A stretch of DNA of 64,000 nucleotides from positions 138,882,001-138,946,000 of the forward strand of contig NC_058368.1 of the NCBI RefSeq assembly GCF_018350175.1. Reading direction: 5' to 3'. Below, piece by piece: positions 1 through 12,961 of this stretch. This DNA comes from Felis catus. Taxonomy: Eukaryota. The first letter of the stretch is position 1; every line of letters starts with the position of its first letter. The notes under the pieces were generated by a model, which saw only the letters and a list, made by a program, of their open reading frames with translations, did no database searches and had not been told where the DNA came from. A program made the translations under genes and the position numbers.

Positions 1-90
1 TTCTGGCCTCCAGAACTGTGAGAGATAAATGTCCTCTGTTATAGGCCACCAGATCTGTGGTGCATCATTACAGTCCAAACAGACCAAACA
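1..90 (+). mobile_element. 3' end of an MLT1 (ERVL-MaLR) LTR
   Basis: ttctggcctccagaactgtgagagataaat...ctgtgg...ttacag is the typical MLT1 LTR 3' portion. Confidence 0.75.
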
Positions 91-392
91 GTGGGCACCA
101 TCCAATCTCTCGAGGGGCTAAATAGAACAAAAGGCAGAAGAAGGAAGAATTTGCGCCCTTTCCCTCCTGCCTTGATGATTGAGATGGGACGTCTCATTTC
201 ATTTTCTCCAGCCCTAGAGCTTGGATTTATACTACTGGCTCCCCTGGTTCTCAGGGGTTCAGACTCAAACTAAATTACACCACCAGCTTGCAGATGGAGA
301 TCATGGGGCCTCGCGGCCTCTAAACTCTGTGAGTCAATTCCTCATAATAAATCTTCCATCGATTCTGTTTCCCTGGAGAACCCTGACTTGTA
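91..392 (+). mobile_element. MLT2-family (ERVL, MLT2D-like) LTR, 3' part
   Basis: gtgggcaccatccaatc...aatagaacaaaaggcagaag...ggctcccctggttctcagg...gtgagtcaattcctcataataaat...gattctgtttccctggagaaccctgac matches recalled MLT2 motifs. Confidence 0.75.
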
Positions 393-2145
393 CCCTCCTC
401 AAGTCCCCACCTCGGACAGTAAGACCCGCACCTCTCCCTCGCCTCCCACATCTGAATCAGCCAAGTCCTTAGAGACGCAAAGCATCATCACATCACTTCT
501 TCCCTCAGTGACTGAGATCTTCTGTAACTACCCTCTCCCTGCTTCCAGTCTGTTCCTTCGCCCCTCCTTTTCCCAATAGGGTACCACGGAGCTGCCACAA
601 AAAATGATATAAAGCTGCTCGTGCTTACCATCAAGCCTTCCTGATGCCTCAGGCATAAAGTTGAAATGCCTCTATGTGTCATGTGAGACACTTTCTGATC
701 TACTTCTCTCTCTCTCTCTCTTTTCCCCCATAATGGAATCGTTTAACCAGTTGAAACAAAAGGAGATGTACTGAAAGGATATGGGGGCTGAGGCTTGGGA
801 AGAGGCAGGAACCATGGATACTAAGGGGGAAATAGAATGGACAGCAGGAGTGTTCCAATGGGAACAATCCACGAGGCATGACAGTATCGCAGTGAATTAC
901 CTCCAAGTCTTCATTCCAGCCTTGGGTCAAAAGTGAAGTTCAAGGAGAGAGAATCCGAATGGCATAGCTCAGCTTGCTGTCGTTGTACTATTGAGATCAC
1001 GTAAGGAAGGGTGTTTAACTCAAGTCTCTAGGAGAAAGGGACCTGTGTATTCCCTCCTGTCGACAGTACAACAGTGGGCACTGGGTAAGGAGACAGATTA
1101 AGTCCCCAGAATAAATCAGTGTGGGGTGCAGCTGCTGGTCATCCGAAAAGTAACAATTGTGTATGTCACGATGCTGTTTTTCTTGAAACACTTCATCCCA
1201 CCCTACCCACCCACCATTACCACCCTCATCCTGCCTGATGCATTCTTGCTTCTTCTGGGAAGCTTAGCTCTGCATTACCTCATCTAGGATGTCTTCTTTG
1301 AACCCCACAGTCTATGTGAGGGGCCCCTCTTCTGCATATCTTCATTATCGCTCTCATCATACCAAGCTGAAATGATTTCTTTGTCCTCTTCCACGATTAT
1401 GAGTTAAATGGCCCCTTGTGAACTGCCAAGGAATCCTTAACCACCAAGGGTAACACTGAAAAAAAATGCAGATGCGTTTCAAACAATTGATTTAAATATA
1501 GTGACCTGCCAAAAATGTTTTTTTGGACTGCCTTACGAAACCATTTTTAATGAAAGAAATGGAGGCTTCTCTGGGAAGCCCTAAGAAATCCCTGAATAAT
1601 TCATGCATCTCTACACTGCTGCAGTGATTTGCATACTGCACACCTAAGGGGATTCTAGAACCAAATCCAGTCTCACCTTTGGTTCCTCGCTGATGTAATT
1701 CAGCAGCATATCATGACTTTTCTCTCCAGGCTAAAGCAAATAAGCTCATTGAATGCTTGGTTGGGATTCCTAATCTGTGGGAATTTTCTGTTTGTTTTAA
1801 TATCTGCGAAGAATCTTAGTTTAATGTGTGGAAAGAGAGAAACATATTAATATATTTCTATAACCATCTTGTGTGCTTTTGAGAATGATTCATTCATTTT
1901 TAAACCATGTTCCCTACTAAATTAGTCTGGCTGTCCTCCAGATCCATTTCGTTAGAGGATATTACAAATGTATTACAAAAGGGCTTGCTAAGTGAATCAT
2001 TGATGGGCTTAATAAAGTCATTTAAAGGAAAACTCAACTACATCAACTGGGCTTTGTCAGGCACTGAGCCATATTCGGAGAGGAATGCATGTTATATGGG
2101 AAACAAAGGACATTACAGATAACCTATTTTAAAACAGCAAATTTA

Positions 2146-2270
2146 GGGGCACCCGTGTGACTCAGTCAGTTAAGCATCCAACTTTGGTTCAGGTCATGAT
2201 CTCACGGTTTGTGGGTTCGAGCCCTGCATCGGCTCTGTGCTGATCGCTCAGAACCTGGAGGCTGCTTCAG

Positions 2271-2313
<43 letters not shown>

Positions 2314-2336
2314 AATAAACATTAAAAAAAATTTTA
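2146..2336 (+). mobile_element. Can-SINE (SINEC_Fc type)
   Basis: ggggcacc head, A/B boxes, (CT)n, aataaa and A tail. Confidence 0.9.
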
Positions 2337-2364
2337 TAAGTAAATTTAAAAGATAGTTGGGGGG

Positions 2365-2549
2365 GGTGCACCTAGGTGGCTCAGTCATTTAAGCATCCAA
2401 CTCTTGATTTCGACTCAAGTCAGGATCTCAGTTTGTGAGATCGAGCCCCACATCGGGTTCTGTGCTGACAGCATGGAGCCTGCTTGGGATTCTCTCTGTC
2501 TTCCTGTCTCTCTCTGCCCCTTCCCTGTTCTCTCTCTCTCTCTTTCAAA

Positions 2550-2590
<41 letters not shown>
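2365..2590 (+). mobile_element. Can-SINE with long pure poly(A) tail
   Basis: SINE head, (CT)n and an A run of about 39. Flanked by aaaagatagttg on both sides (TSD). Confidence 0.9.
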
Positions 2591-2592
<2 letters not shown>

Positions 2593-2770
2593 TAGTTGTG
2601 GGGGGAGTAAAGCATGCGCACATGCATACATAAAGAAGAAGAAATAAGTATTTGTGCACTAGTAATTGAACAGAAATCTAACACAACAAGTTCCTAAAGC
2701 TGTGAGCTTGGTAGACTCTCAAGGTAAGCCAAGATATGCTAGATCTCCTCCACAATATTACGGATAAAGT

Positions 2771-2990
2771 GGGCACCTGGGTGGCTCAGTCCTTTAGCAT
2801 GTGACTTCCGCTCAGGTCATGATTTCACAGTTTGTGAGTTCAAGTCCCACATCCGGCAAGCCCTACTTTTGGTAAAACACAAACCGTGCATTGGGTGAGC
2901 GCTGCTTCTCTCTCTCTCTCTCTCTCTCTCTCTGCCCCTCACTCGCACCCTCTCTTCCTCTCTCTCAAGCAAACAAACAAACAAAAAATA
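2771..2990 (+). mobile_element. Can-SINE with variant body
   Basis: Normal head, atypical middle (cggcaagccctacttttggtaaaacacaaaccg...), (CT)n and (CAAA)n tail. ggataaagt on both sides. Confidence 0.85.
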
Positions 2991-3506
2991 CTGGGGATAA
3001 AGTATTGTCTTGGATGGAGGAAGCCTGATTCCAAGTTTATTGCTTGAATTTGAATAGGGTGGGAGTGCCTGCCAGAAAAAAAAATGCAGTGGAGGTGAGG
3101 GCTTAGATGAATGTGAATCTAGAAAAGCAGGAATAAACAAGCCAGACCTTGTGGCCAGGACATGGGCCAAACTGCCAGTGACTGAATCCGAAATGTCCCA
3201 GCGTCATCATAAGAAAGGAGTCCATAGCCACCAACACAAAACCAGGTTGTGGACAGGGACCCTGAGTCCTAACTGGAAGCAACTGCAAAATTGTGAGACA
3301 GGAAAAGAGTAAACAGGCAGAAGAGAAAGGGATAGAAAAAGAAAGTAAGAGAAAGTCTGTGTGATACCCCTCCAGATGTATGTCTCGAACATTCAAATGC
3401 TAACACCCTTAAAAAAAACCAGCACTAAGAAAGGCAGCCAATAAAATCAAAATTGGGAGACTTTCATGCCACATTATGTGAGAGTAATAGCAGAATCTGA
3501 AAGTTC

Positions 3507-3711
3507 ATTTATTTATTTTTTATTTACTTAGAGTATGTGCAAGTGAATGGGGGATGGGCAGAGAGAGAGAGAGAGAGAGAGAATCCCAAGGAGACTCCCA
3601 CACTGTCAGGACAGAGCCTGATGCGGGGCTTGAACTCACAAGCTGTGAGATCATGACCTAAGCTGAAATCCAGAGCCAGATGCTTAACTGACCGAGCCAC
3701 CCAGGTGCCCC
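3507..3711 (-). mobile_element. Can-SINE
   Basis: Reverse-complement head (gagccacccaggtgcccc) and (GA)n. TSD ctgaaagttcattta. Confidence 0.9.
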
Positions 3712-4620
3712 TGAAAGTTCATTTAAAATAAGGGTTTTTAGAATCTTCAAAGAGAAAAAGAAAGAATATCCATTGAAATGGTCAGTAAACTGTGGAACAA
3801 AACAGGTGTGTATGGAAAAGATCAGATTGGAAATCCTGGTAATGAAAAGCATAGTACTTTAATTAAAAGTGCCATAGACAGGATTAATTCCATCTTGGAA
3901 ATAGTAATAGAGACAACTGGTGAACTGGAAAATGATGTCGAGGAATTTACCCAGAATGCAACATAAAGAATTTAACAGGGGGCTGAACTGCAGCTAAGAG
4001 ACAGAGAACACATACTGAGAGGTTCTAATATATGTCTAACGGGGGATTTCAAGAATAGAATAGAGGAAAATATCTGTGAATCAGTAGCCCAAGAGACACC
4101 GGCTGAGAACTTTTCATAACCAAGGAAATGACATGTGTTCTCAGAAGAAAATAATATACGAAACCTTTTACGCTTGTAAAAGGGATCACCAGATGTCAAA
4201 CAGAATACATAATAGCGAACTTAACCAAGAAACATTTGATAGTGACGTTGGTAAACATTGAAGATAAGAGAAAATCTTAAAAGCTCCTGGAGAGGGAACA
4301 CCTGGCTGGCTCAGTCGGAGGAACGTGCAGCTCTTGGTCTCGGGGTTGTGAGTTTGAGCCCCAAGTTGGGTGTAGAGGTTCCTCAAAAAAAAAAAAAACT
4401 CTTAAAAAAAAAATTCCTACCGGCAAGAAAAGACAGATGAGCTGCAAAGAAATGACAGGTAAACTAATTCTCATGCACAACGGATGCCAAAAGACAGCAA
4501 TCTTTTCACAGCCTTGACAAAAAATAACTATTAACCAAGAATTCTATATCTATATTATTTGCAACAGAGTCAAACAAATCTTTTTCAGACAAAAAGATTA
4601 AGTGGGTTACCCCTCACATG
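3712..4620 (+). mobile_element. Old L1 (L1M) ORF1-region fragment, interrupted by a short SINE
   Basis: Degenerate ORF1-like translation (IKSAIDRINSILE...ELENDVEEFTQN), plus ctgagaacttttc and ccaagaattctatatc motifs. Confidence 0.6.
4293..4413 (+). mobile_element. Short Can-SINE lacking the (CT)n region
   Basis: cacctggctggctcagtcggaggaacgtgcagctcttggtctcggggttgtgagtttgagcccc followed by an A tail. Confidence 0.85.
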
Positions 4621-4717
4621 CTAAGCCCCCAAAAATGGATAAAATATTTGGACAAATATAATTAGCCACTGACTTTAAATAACTAATTTGTGTTCTAAAA
4701 AATAAATAAATAAATCT

Positions 4718-4824
4718 AGGGGTGCCTGGGTGACTCAGGGGGTTAAGTGTCCAGCTCTAGATTTTGGCTCAGGTCCTGATCCCAGGGTCATGGGATCAAA
4801 ACACCAAATCAGGCTCCTCTTAAG

Positions 4825-4880
<56 letters not shown>

Positions 4881-4952
4881 CCTACCCCTGTGCCCCTCCT
4901 CCACTTGTGCTTGGGCTCTCTCTCACTCACTCCACAAAATAAAATAAATAAA
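4718..4952 (+). mobile_element. Can-SINE (older type)
   Basis: ggggtgcctgggtgactcag head, long (CT)n, aaaata tail. Confidence 0.85.
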
Positions 4953-5086
4953 AGTCTAAAAATCTAGGCAGAGATACTCTGAAAGAGGGGGGTGATATTC
5001 GGTGGGTAGGAAATGCTAAATTCCTTGAATCTTTCAGGAAGAAGGTACAGCTATTGGGTAACTCAAGATTTTGTTAGAAATTTTTC

Positions 5087-5295
5087 GGGGCGCCTGGGTG
5101 GCACAGTCGGTTAAGCGTCCGACTTCAGCCAGGTCACGATCTCGCGGTTCCTGAGTTTGAGCCCCGCGTCAGGCTCTGGGCTGATGGCTCAGAGCCTGGA
5201 GCCTGTTTCCGATTCTGTGTCTCCCTCTCTCTCTGCCCCTCCCCCGTTCATGCTCTGTCTCTCTCTGTCCCAAAAATAAATAAACGTTGAAAAAA
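5087..5295 (+). mobile_element. Young SINEC_Fc
   Basis: CpG-rich, near-consensus body. TSD agaaatttttc at 5076-5086 and 5296-5306. Confidence 0.95.
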
Positions 5296-5751
5296 AGAAA
5301 TTTTTCAGTAAACACATAAAATACATATAACAAATATATATTATAGATCATAAATATAAGTCATAGATTTGAATATAATCACGGAAAGTAAAATCTAAAA
5401 TATAGGAGTCAAAGTCTTCTATTGAATGGACTCGAACCCTCTGTGGGGCAGAACTTAAGGTGTGGAGAAGCGGTTCACCAACGACTGCCCAGGGCCTGAG
5501 GAAACAAAATTTTGCCACATTTCTTGTTTGCTACTGAAAAGGAATTTAAGCAGTGAAAGAATCACATGCTGTGAAATTGAAGTCAGATAAAAATTAAAAT
5601 TTTTGCTTCTTCAGTAACTAAAGGATTTAAGAGAAAAACTTGGCCCTCAATTCGAAGTTGCTATTAATTATGACTCCATTCACTTAAACACTTTTTTGTC
5701 TACATTAATCATTGATTGTAAGGTGCCACCTAATTTCAGAAACATTAAGCA

Positions 5752-6765
5752 TTTTATTTTTTTTCAGCTGAGTTATATTTGACATACAACATTGTGTAAG
5801 CTCAAAGCGTACAACACATTGATTTGATACATTCATACTGAAGTAGGATCACCATCGTAGCATGAGCTAAAACCTCTGTTGTGTCATACAGATATCTTCT
5901 AGTGGTGGGAACAATGGAGACGTAGTGTCTTAGTAAGTTTAATATTTAAACTACAGGATTATGGCCTAAAATCACTGTACTGTGAAATTTTTTTTAGATT
6001 CCCCGTATTACAAGAGATATCCTATAGTATTTGGCTTTCTCTGACTTACCTCACTTAGCATAATGTCCTGAAACAGAATTTCCTTTTTTTTCATTCATCT
6101 TTATCCATCCATTTCCTTTATCTATTCGTCCATTGACACTTAGCTTGTTTCCTTATCTTGGCTATTGTGAATACTCGTGCAATAAACACAGGCATGTATA
6201 TATCTATCCCTTCAATAAACCATTTTCATTTCCTTTGGATACCCAAAAGTGAGATTGCCAGGTTCTATGGAAGTTTCATTTTTGATTTTTTGAAGAATCT
6301 TCATATCGTTCTCCACAACAGCTGAACAAGTTCACACTCCCATCAACATGCACAAGGGTTCCCTTTCCTCCACATCCCTGCCAACACTTATGTCTCGTCT
6401 TCGTGATGGGGAGCATTCTTACAGATGTGATGGGATTTCTCATCATGGTTTTGATTTCACTTCCCTGATGATTAATGATGTTGAGCACCTTTGCATGGAC
6501 CTGTTGGCCATTTGAAGGTCTTCTTTGGAAAAAAATCTCGATGTAGTCCCTCAACCCATTTTTTAATCAGCTTATTTGAGCTCTTTTGTCATTGGTTTTG
6601 AGTTATGTGAATTGTTTGTAATTGTTGGATATTAACCCCCTATCCAATACATGGTTTGCAAAAACGTTCTCCCATCCTGTCGGTTCCCTTTTCGTTTTGT
6701 TTCTTTTACTGTGCAGAAGCTGTTAAGTTTCATGTAGTCCCACTTGTTGACTTTTTATTTTAAAT
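5752..6765 (-). mobile_element. L1 3' portion (ORF2 end and 3' UTR, L1MA-like)
   Basis: ttgtttccttatcttggctattgtgaata, ggttttgatttcacttccctgatgattaatgatgttgagcac and ctgtgcagaagct are antisense L1 hallmarks. T-rich tail on the left. Confidence 0.85.
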
Positions 6766-6814
6766 TAGCATTTTAAATCAGTAAAGTTTATTAACTTGAT
6801 TTGGAGCCAGGTAA

Positions 6815-6985
6815 AATGGTTCTCAAATGCATAAGAGTCTTCACAGGGAAGCTCATTAAAATCCAGATTGCAGATACAGTTCTCAGATTCTGATTCTGAA
6901 AGTTGGGAAAGTCTAGGGCTCTGCATTTTTAACAGGTGATTCTTACATGGGTGGTAGAAAGACTATAATTTCTGAAATGTTGGCT
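6815..6985. mobile_element. MER5-like hAT-Charlie DNA transposon fossil
   Basis: tggttctcaaa...gattctgattc...ctgcatttttaacaggtgattct. Confidence 0.6.
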
Positions 6986-7109
6986 CAAAGTTTAAACTAG
7001 TCAGGCAGCCCTGAGGGAATCAACACCAAACATAAAAATGTGTCATGCATTCTGGGAGAAATCTAGGTTGGAACTCTGACAATTCTAATTAATGAGCTAA
7101 ATCCTACTC

Positions 7110-7270
7110 TAGAAGTCAAAAGACCTGGTCCTATCCCAGTTCTGCTAGTAACTAGCTTTCAGACTTTGAGCAAGGGGTGAGGAAGGATGATTTTTCCCTC
7201 TCTGGGACTCAGTTTCCTCATCTATAAAATAAGATTGTATTAATCCCCGCCAGCTCTAATGATCTTTGGC
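7110..7270. mobile_element. MIR/MIR3 fragment
   Basis: agacctggtcctatcccagttctgct...ctctgggactcagtttcctcatctataaaat core. Confidence 0.7.
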
Positions 7271-9839
7271 ACTGAGTTTCAAAAAAAAAAAATTTTTTTT
7301 TAGAATAAAATGTTTTATTAAAATAAAAAACTTCGTGTTAAAGCATTATAGATCAAAACCTCTATTTATGTTTATTGATTTAATGCCCATTTAGGCACCA
7401 AACTGGGCACAGCAACAAGATGCCCATACCAAGAAAACGGGCACACACTGAGATTCCTCCTGTGCGAAAGGGGGGCTCTATGAGTTTTATGTACCTGGAG
7501 TGTGGAGCTGTAATTAATTTCATCATTATGCATTCTTTGAAAGAAGAGTTAGCCCATTTCCCTGGGAGATAGCGGTGGGAATGTGTCACGTCAGTTAATG
7601 CCCAGGACGGCTTCTGTTTGGGGACAGTTTCACTAGCATTAGGACTGCAAAGAAGCAGGCTCCGGATGTCACCAAACTGCCCCTCAGTCTCCTATCTCCA
7701 TCCTCCCAGTCCCAGTTACCCCCTGGTTAGCAGTTTACCAAACGAATACAGCAAACGGTGAGTGAAGAAAATGCGGGCAAGTTCCTCTAATTGGAAAGTA
7801 CCTTGGCAATTGTGCGGAGCAGTTTAAAATAAAAACGGTGGCCGCTGAGAACAACAAGGACTCGATTCCCAAGCTAGAATCTCATAGATTCAGCCCAAAG
7901 CCAATTGGCACACACAAGCCCCCAGTCCCGGGAGGTGCAGGCCCCTGGAGGAACTGCATGTTAGGGGGCCCTAACCAAACAGCCTTTGGAGAACAAATAG
8001 ACTGTTAACCAGTTCTAAGAAAAAGAGTTTTTTCCTTGAAAAGCTGTCTTTTGTGAGGCTCAGATTCCTCCAGCAATGAATGTAGTGCCAAGCTGTTAAC
8101 CCGAAGACTGAAGCCCTCCACACCTCCGCCAGAGTTTCCCGTAGGGTTCCTTATTTGTTCTGGAAGCTCTTTCATCAGCACTTGAGTCACTCCTACAGTG
8201 TGGACTCTAAACACGGCTGTTTAAGAAACTATCTGCAAATACTGCAGGGGGTAATCCCCAAAACAAGGTGTTAATTGGTCTCTGGGTGATTCCAGCCCCC
8301 CACACAATAACCGGTAGTGGTTTCTTTTCAACTGAAGAGGTTCTGCCCTCGGTGTTAGTCCAGGATGCTGAGCTTTCTTACCTGGGCTTGTTTTTTTCTT
8401 TTTCTTCTTCTTTTCAGCTTATGTTTCAGGGAAGGGTAAAGGCAAAAGAAAGTAGTACGAAATACAACAGACGGACCTTTCTCTCCTCATCTAATGCTAA
8501 CTGTAGGCCATTAAAACCAAAGTCAGTCAGACCGTACAGTATCTTCGAGAAGAACCAAAAGAGGAGGGAAGTTTGTCATTCCTGAAGTCTTCATTCACCA
8601 AGAGCACAGGAATCCTCTAAATGATAAACACCTCTTCGTGCCTCTGGCACAGATGTCCAGTTAACTGTGGCCCAGTTTCCCTGCTGTTGGCTGAGTGGTT
8701 TCCAGAGGCAGGGTGCCAATCTGCACATTGCTGACATTAATCCTTTTTACCATCTTTCATCTCCTCTCCCACCTCTGACCTCCGACAACTCCACATTGTC
8801 AGCTCAGAACGGGCCCCTTCTCTTGCCAGTAAAAATGAGTCTTTCTCGTAGGACCGAAGTGAAGCACCCTTATTGGAGTGGTGATACAGCAGGAGGGACC
8901 TACCCCGGCACCCACCAGGCAGGGACAGACTGCCTGCCTCTGGGCCCCACCCCCAAACTCCTTTATCTTTGGAAACACCACCCGCCACTGTTATTTCAGA
9001 GCGGGTTCTTGGCTTTGGCGCGAACGGGAAACTGACCTGGGATCTTCAGTGGTTTTCTCAGTGGACAGCCCTAGAACAACAGAGTTTCAAATTTCCGGCT
9101 GCAATACTCTTCCTTTGCTTGGGAGTGGGGCCTGAGCAGTGTCAGGGGAAAGGACTGCACGGAGGGTGGTGATCCTTCCTTCCCCCAAAGTTTCCGTGGC
9201 AGACACAGCGTTGACCTGTGCTTATGAGGGCCTCGTGGGGCTGCGTGCACTTCCTCATGGGCCTTGCTGCCCAGTTGCCTCTGGTAGGACTGGCCTGGAG
9301 CCGGCAGAGCCCGGGTCAGGAGACAGGATGCGGGGTCTAGCCACTGTCTGAAGTGGGAGCGGGGAGCGAGGCGGCCCAGCGCTGGGAACCGAGCGCTCAG
9401 ACATTACTTCACATCTCAGCGGAATGATGCAACAACGTCCCTGCTGAGGGTTCTGTTAAACAGCTCAACGTTTGCTTCTCGGTCCTCAGTGATAGTTTTG
9501 TCACCAGGCCAATGGCTTCATCACAGGAATGAAGCCGGGATCCTGTGATAGCCATTTTTTGTTGTTGGTAATGAGAGTGATCATACTGGGCTCCCACTTC
9601 CGGTCACGGTGCAAAAGCCAAAAGAAGAAAAGTGGTACTGCCTTTCTAACTCCTCTTCCTGAAGACTAAATCTTTCTATATGATCCGTTCAACAAATATT
9701 CACTGAGTGGTTTTTGTGCCCATGGCCATATGCTGGGTGCTGGCTTTGCTAGCGGATGCTGGGTTCAATAGCATCCTACCCTCGAGGAACTTGCGAGACG
9801 TGACAGAGGTTGGAAGTGCCCATAAAAACTAGGTGATCC

Positions 9840-10070
9840 GGGGCGCCTGGGTGGCGCAGTCGGTTAAGCGTCCGACTTCAGCTCAGGTCACGATCTCGCG
9901 GTCCGTGAGTTCGAGCCCCACGTCGGGCTCTGGGCTGATGGCTCAGAACCTGGAGCCTGTTTCCGATTCTGTGTCTCCCTCTCTCTCTGCCCCTCCCCCG
10001 TTCATGCTCTGTCTCTCTCTGTCCCAAAAATAAATAAACGTTGAAAAAAAAATTTTTTTAAATAAGAAAA
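9840..10070 (+). mobile_element. Young SINEC_Fc
   Basis: Near-consensus body. TSD aaaaactaggtgatcc. Confidence 0.95.
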
Positions 10071-11029
10071 AAAAACTAGGTGATCCAAAGTAGCATTCCA
10101 GAGACCTGGAGCTAGACGGAAAGAAAGGCTATTTCTACCTGAGGAAGAACAATCAGGGACTGGGCTGTGTTGAGTTGTCCTCGTATGTATGTTAGACTCG
10201 AGGGTGAGTGATTTACCTCTGCCGTTGTAACTCAGCGAGCGTGTGGGCATGGGTGAGCTTTTCCTCTCTCCATCCCAGGATGTGGTAGAATATGTATTTT
10301 ACATCAAATCTCTCCTGGTCTAATCTTTATACCACTTCTTCTACAATAGATGAAAAAAGAGAGGGTGGGGGACCTCTCAGTAACTTAGAAGGACACCTGA
10401 TAATAAACCCCACTGCCCATTCAAGATCCACCAGCCCAACACTGATAGTCCCCCGGGACCCACAGGAAAATTGGTAAGGATTCCTTTTGGAGAATTGAGA
10501 ATGGCCAGTGGATGTCTTCGCTTCTTCACCATAACTCCCATTCTTCCTTCTATCAGCAATGCACTCACAACACACCCCTTCCTCTCCCAGTGCCTAAAAC
10601 ATCACTTTCCAGGGACCTACCTGAAGATTCTACCCAAGAGAGGTTCTCCCTTCCCCCCCCCCCCACCCCACCTGCCTGTTCAATTCATGAAATGCATTAA
10701 CATGTGTAACGTTTATTTTCTTAGCATCTACCTCTCTGACCGGACTGCAAACTCCTTAAGGGATCCTTTCTGTCTTGCTCATGATGGTATACCCAGTGCT
10801 TAACACAGGGCCCGACACATAGTAGATGTGTAAAACTTAGATGCATGAAGAAATTACTAAACGAATAAATGCAGTAGCCAAGACCGTGGTTGCCACACCA
10901 ATAAGATGAAAGAATTCGAGCCAAGGATCCAGGTTGAATAATCTATGATTATTGGAAAACTTGGCAAACTCAAAGCTAGCTGCTCACCGGAAAGGGTTGA
11001 GTATGCCTGATTTACACAGAGCTTTCCAA

Positions 11030-11197
11030 GGGCCACCTGGGTGGCTCATTCTGGTAAGCGTCCGACTGATTTTGGCTCAGGTCACGGTCTCACTGTTCTT
11101 GAGAATGACCCCTGCCATCTGCGCGGTCAGCACAGAACCTACTTGGGATTCTCTCTCTCCTGCTCACTCTCTCAAAATAAATAAATAAACTTTAAAA
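11030..11197 (+). mobile_element. Diverged Can-SINE
   Basis: gggccacctgggtggctca head and ctctcaaaataaataaataaac tail. Confidence 0.8.
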
Positions 11198-11269
11198 GAC
11201 AAATAGAGTTTTCCTACCAGAGAGAGAAAATAGGCAATCAATGGGAGAATGTTGGGCATTCTGATGTCA

Positions 11270-11480
11270 TTTTTTTAAGTTTATTTATTTTGAGAGAGAG
11301 AGAGAGAGAGAGCAAGTGGGAGAGGGGCAGAGAGAGAGAGAGGGAGAGAGAGAATCCCAAGCAGGGTCCACAATGTCAGGGTGGCGCCCAGGGCGGGGCT
11401 CCATCTCAGGAACCGTGCGTTTATGACCTAAGCCGAATTCAAGAGCCAGGTGCTTAACTGACTGAGCCACCCAGGTCCCC
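11270..11480 (-). mobile_element. Can-SINE
   Basis: Reverse-complement head and (GA)n. Flanks ctgatgtcattttttt and ctgatctcattttttt. Confidence 0.9.
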
Positions 11481-12595
11481 TGATCTCATTTTTTTTTTTT
11501 TTTAATGAAAATGCCTAAATAATGTTTGCATTTGCTGACAAGTCAGGAAACTGAAATTTTACTTCATATGCAGGTAGATTGATTCACACAGCATGGGTAG
11601 GCAGGAGGCCCGGGCTTGGCCCCATCCACTGGGGACATCAATATGAAAATGGCTTCAAAATGCTTTCTGACCATTACAATTGCCTCTGCTCAAACCCACG
11701 AGCTTGTATGAAGTACCTCAGTTTCAACTTAGTTCTAGCACTGCCTTAGCGATCCTAAAAGTGGGTGGTCTGAACCTCTGCTTCTAAGCCTACTTCAGAC
11801 TCAAAGAAACCACACATTAGTTCAAAACACAGAGGCCAGAGGGATTGACTGGATCAGCAATGTTGGTAAACACCGTGGCTTTTTTTTCTGTAATCAGCAG
11901 GAAACACAAGCTCCTGTTCAGGACGAGAAGGGAAAAAAGCACCGAAAGTAATTTCTATCTGAAGCTGTTTAGCAGCCCCTGTGAAATGCATCATGGGTGT
12001 CATTCTAATTCCCACCAGACCCAGCTCCAAAAAAATTTTTCATCAGTCTTTTCTGTTTCCTGTTAGCAAAGACTTAGAGTTATGAAAAAAAAAAAAAAAT
12101 CCACTGGGTATTCCCAAGTGTTGCAAGGCTTGGAATCCTGCACATCTTACAAACCGAAGTCAAAATTAAAAGTCTTAATTAAAAGTTTTGCTCTCATAAT
12201 CGAATCTTGAACATGTGCCCTGTGGCTGCCAGTTCTGACATGGTAACTCATTTCAATCTTCCTCCAAAGGATAAGTCAATGGTATACGGGATGAACCATT
12301 AACAGAAGATTATTACTTATTATTATTTCTGGTTTTGAAGGGAATAGTTTTGAAGGCTCCCCAATCTGGAGCCTATGGTTAGGGCCCGAGGCCTGTAGTC
12401 AAACTGAAGTTTTCTTTGCTATACTTGAGCCCTTTCTTCACTTCTCCCATGCACACACGTATGCATGCCATCACAAAATTTCTTATTAGTGGGAAGGACA
12501 AACACATTTTAGAGACCTTAAGTGTTGAAAAAATCAACTGTAAAAATGTTGGATTCATCCAAGAAAACTCCTCTTATTTGAAAATAAGAGTCTTG

Positions 12596-12826
12596 GGGCA
12601 CCTGGATGGCTCAGTCAGTTAGGCGGCCGACTTCGGCTCAGGTCGTGATCTCACGGTTGCTGGGTTGGAGCCCCATGTTGGGCTCTGTGCTGACAGCTTA
12701 GAACCTGGAGCCTGCTTCCGGTTCTGTCCCCCTCTCTCTCTGCCCCTCCACCGCTCACACTCTGTCTCTGTCTCTCAAAACCAAATACATGTTAAAAAAT
12801 AATAATTAAGAAAAAAGAAAAGAAAA
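12596..12826 (+). mobile_element. Can-SINE (SINEC_Fc type)
   Basis: Full head, body and tail. aagagtc on both sides. Confidence 0.9.
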
Positions 12827-12961
12827 GAAGAGTCATTTCTGAGAGCGTTGGAGACCTCTTAGAAATGTCTGGAAGGGAAATGATGTGAACATCCTTTCTG
12901 CTACCAAGACTGTCAGTAGTTAAAGCCTACTATATTATGAAAAGCTCTGTTTTACTTATTA

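Noticed and set aside
7690..7764. Possible plus-strand micro-exon ending ACG|gtgagt
   Set aside because: A single motif with no recognisable peptide or partner exons.
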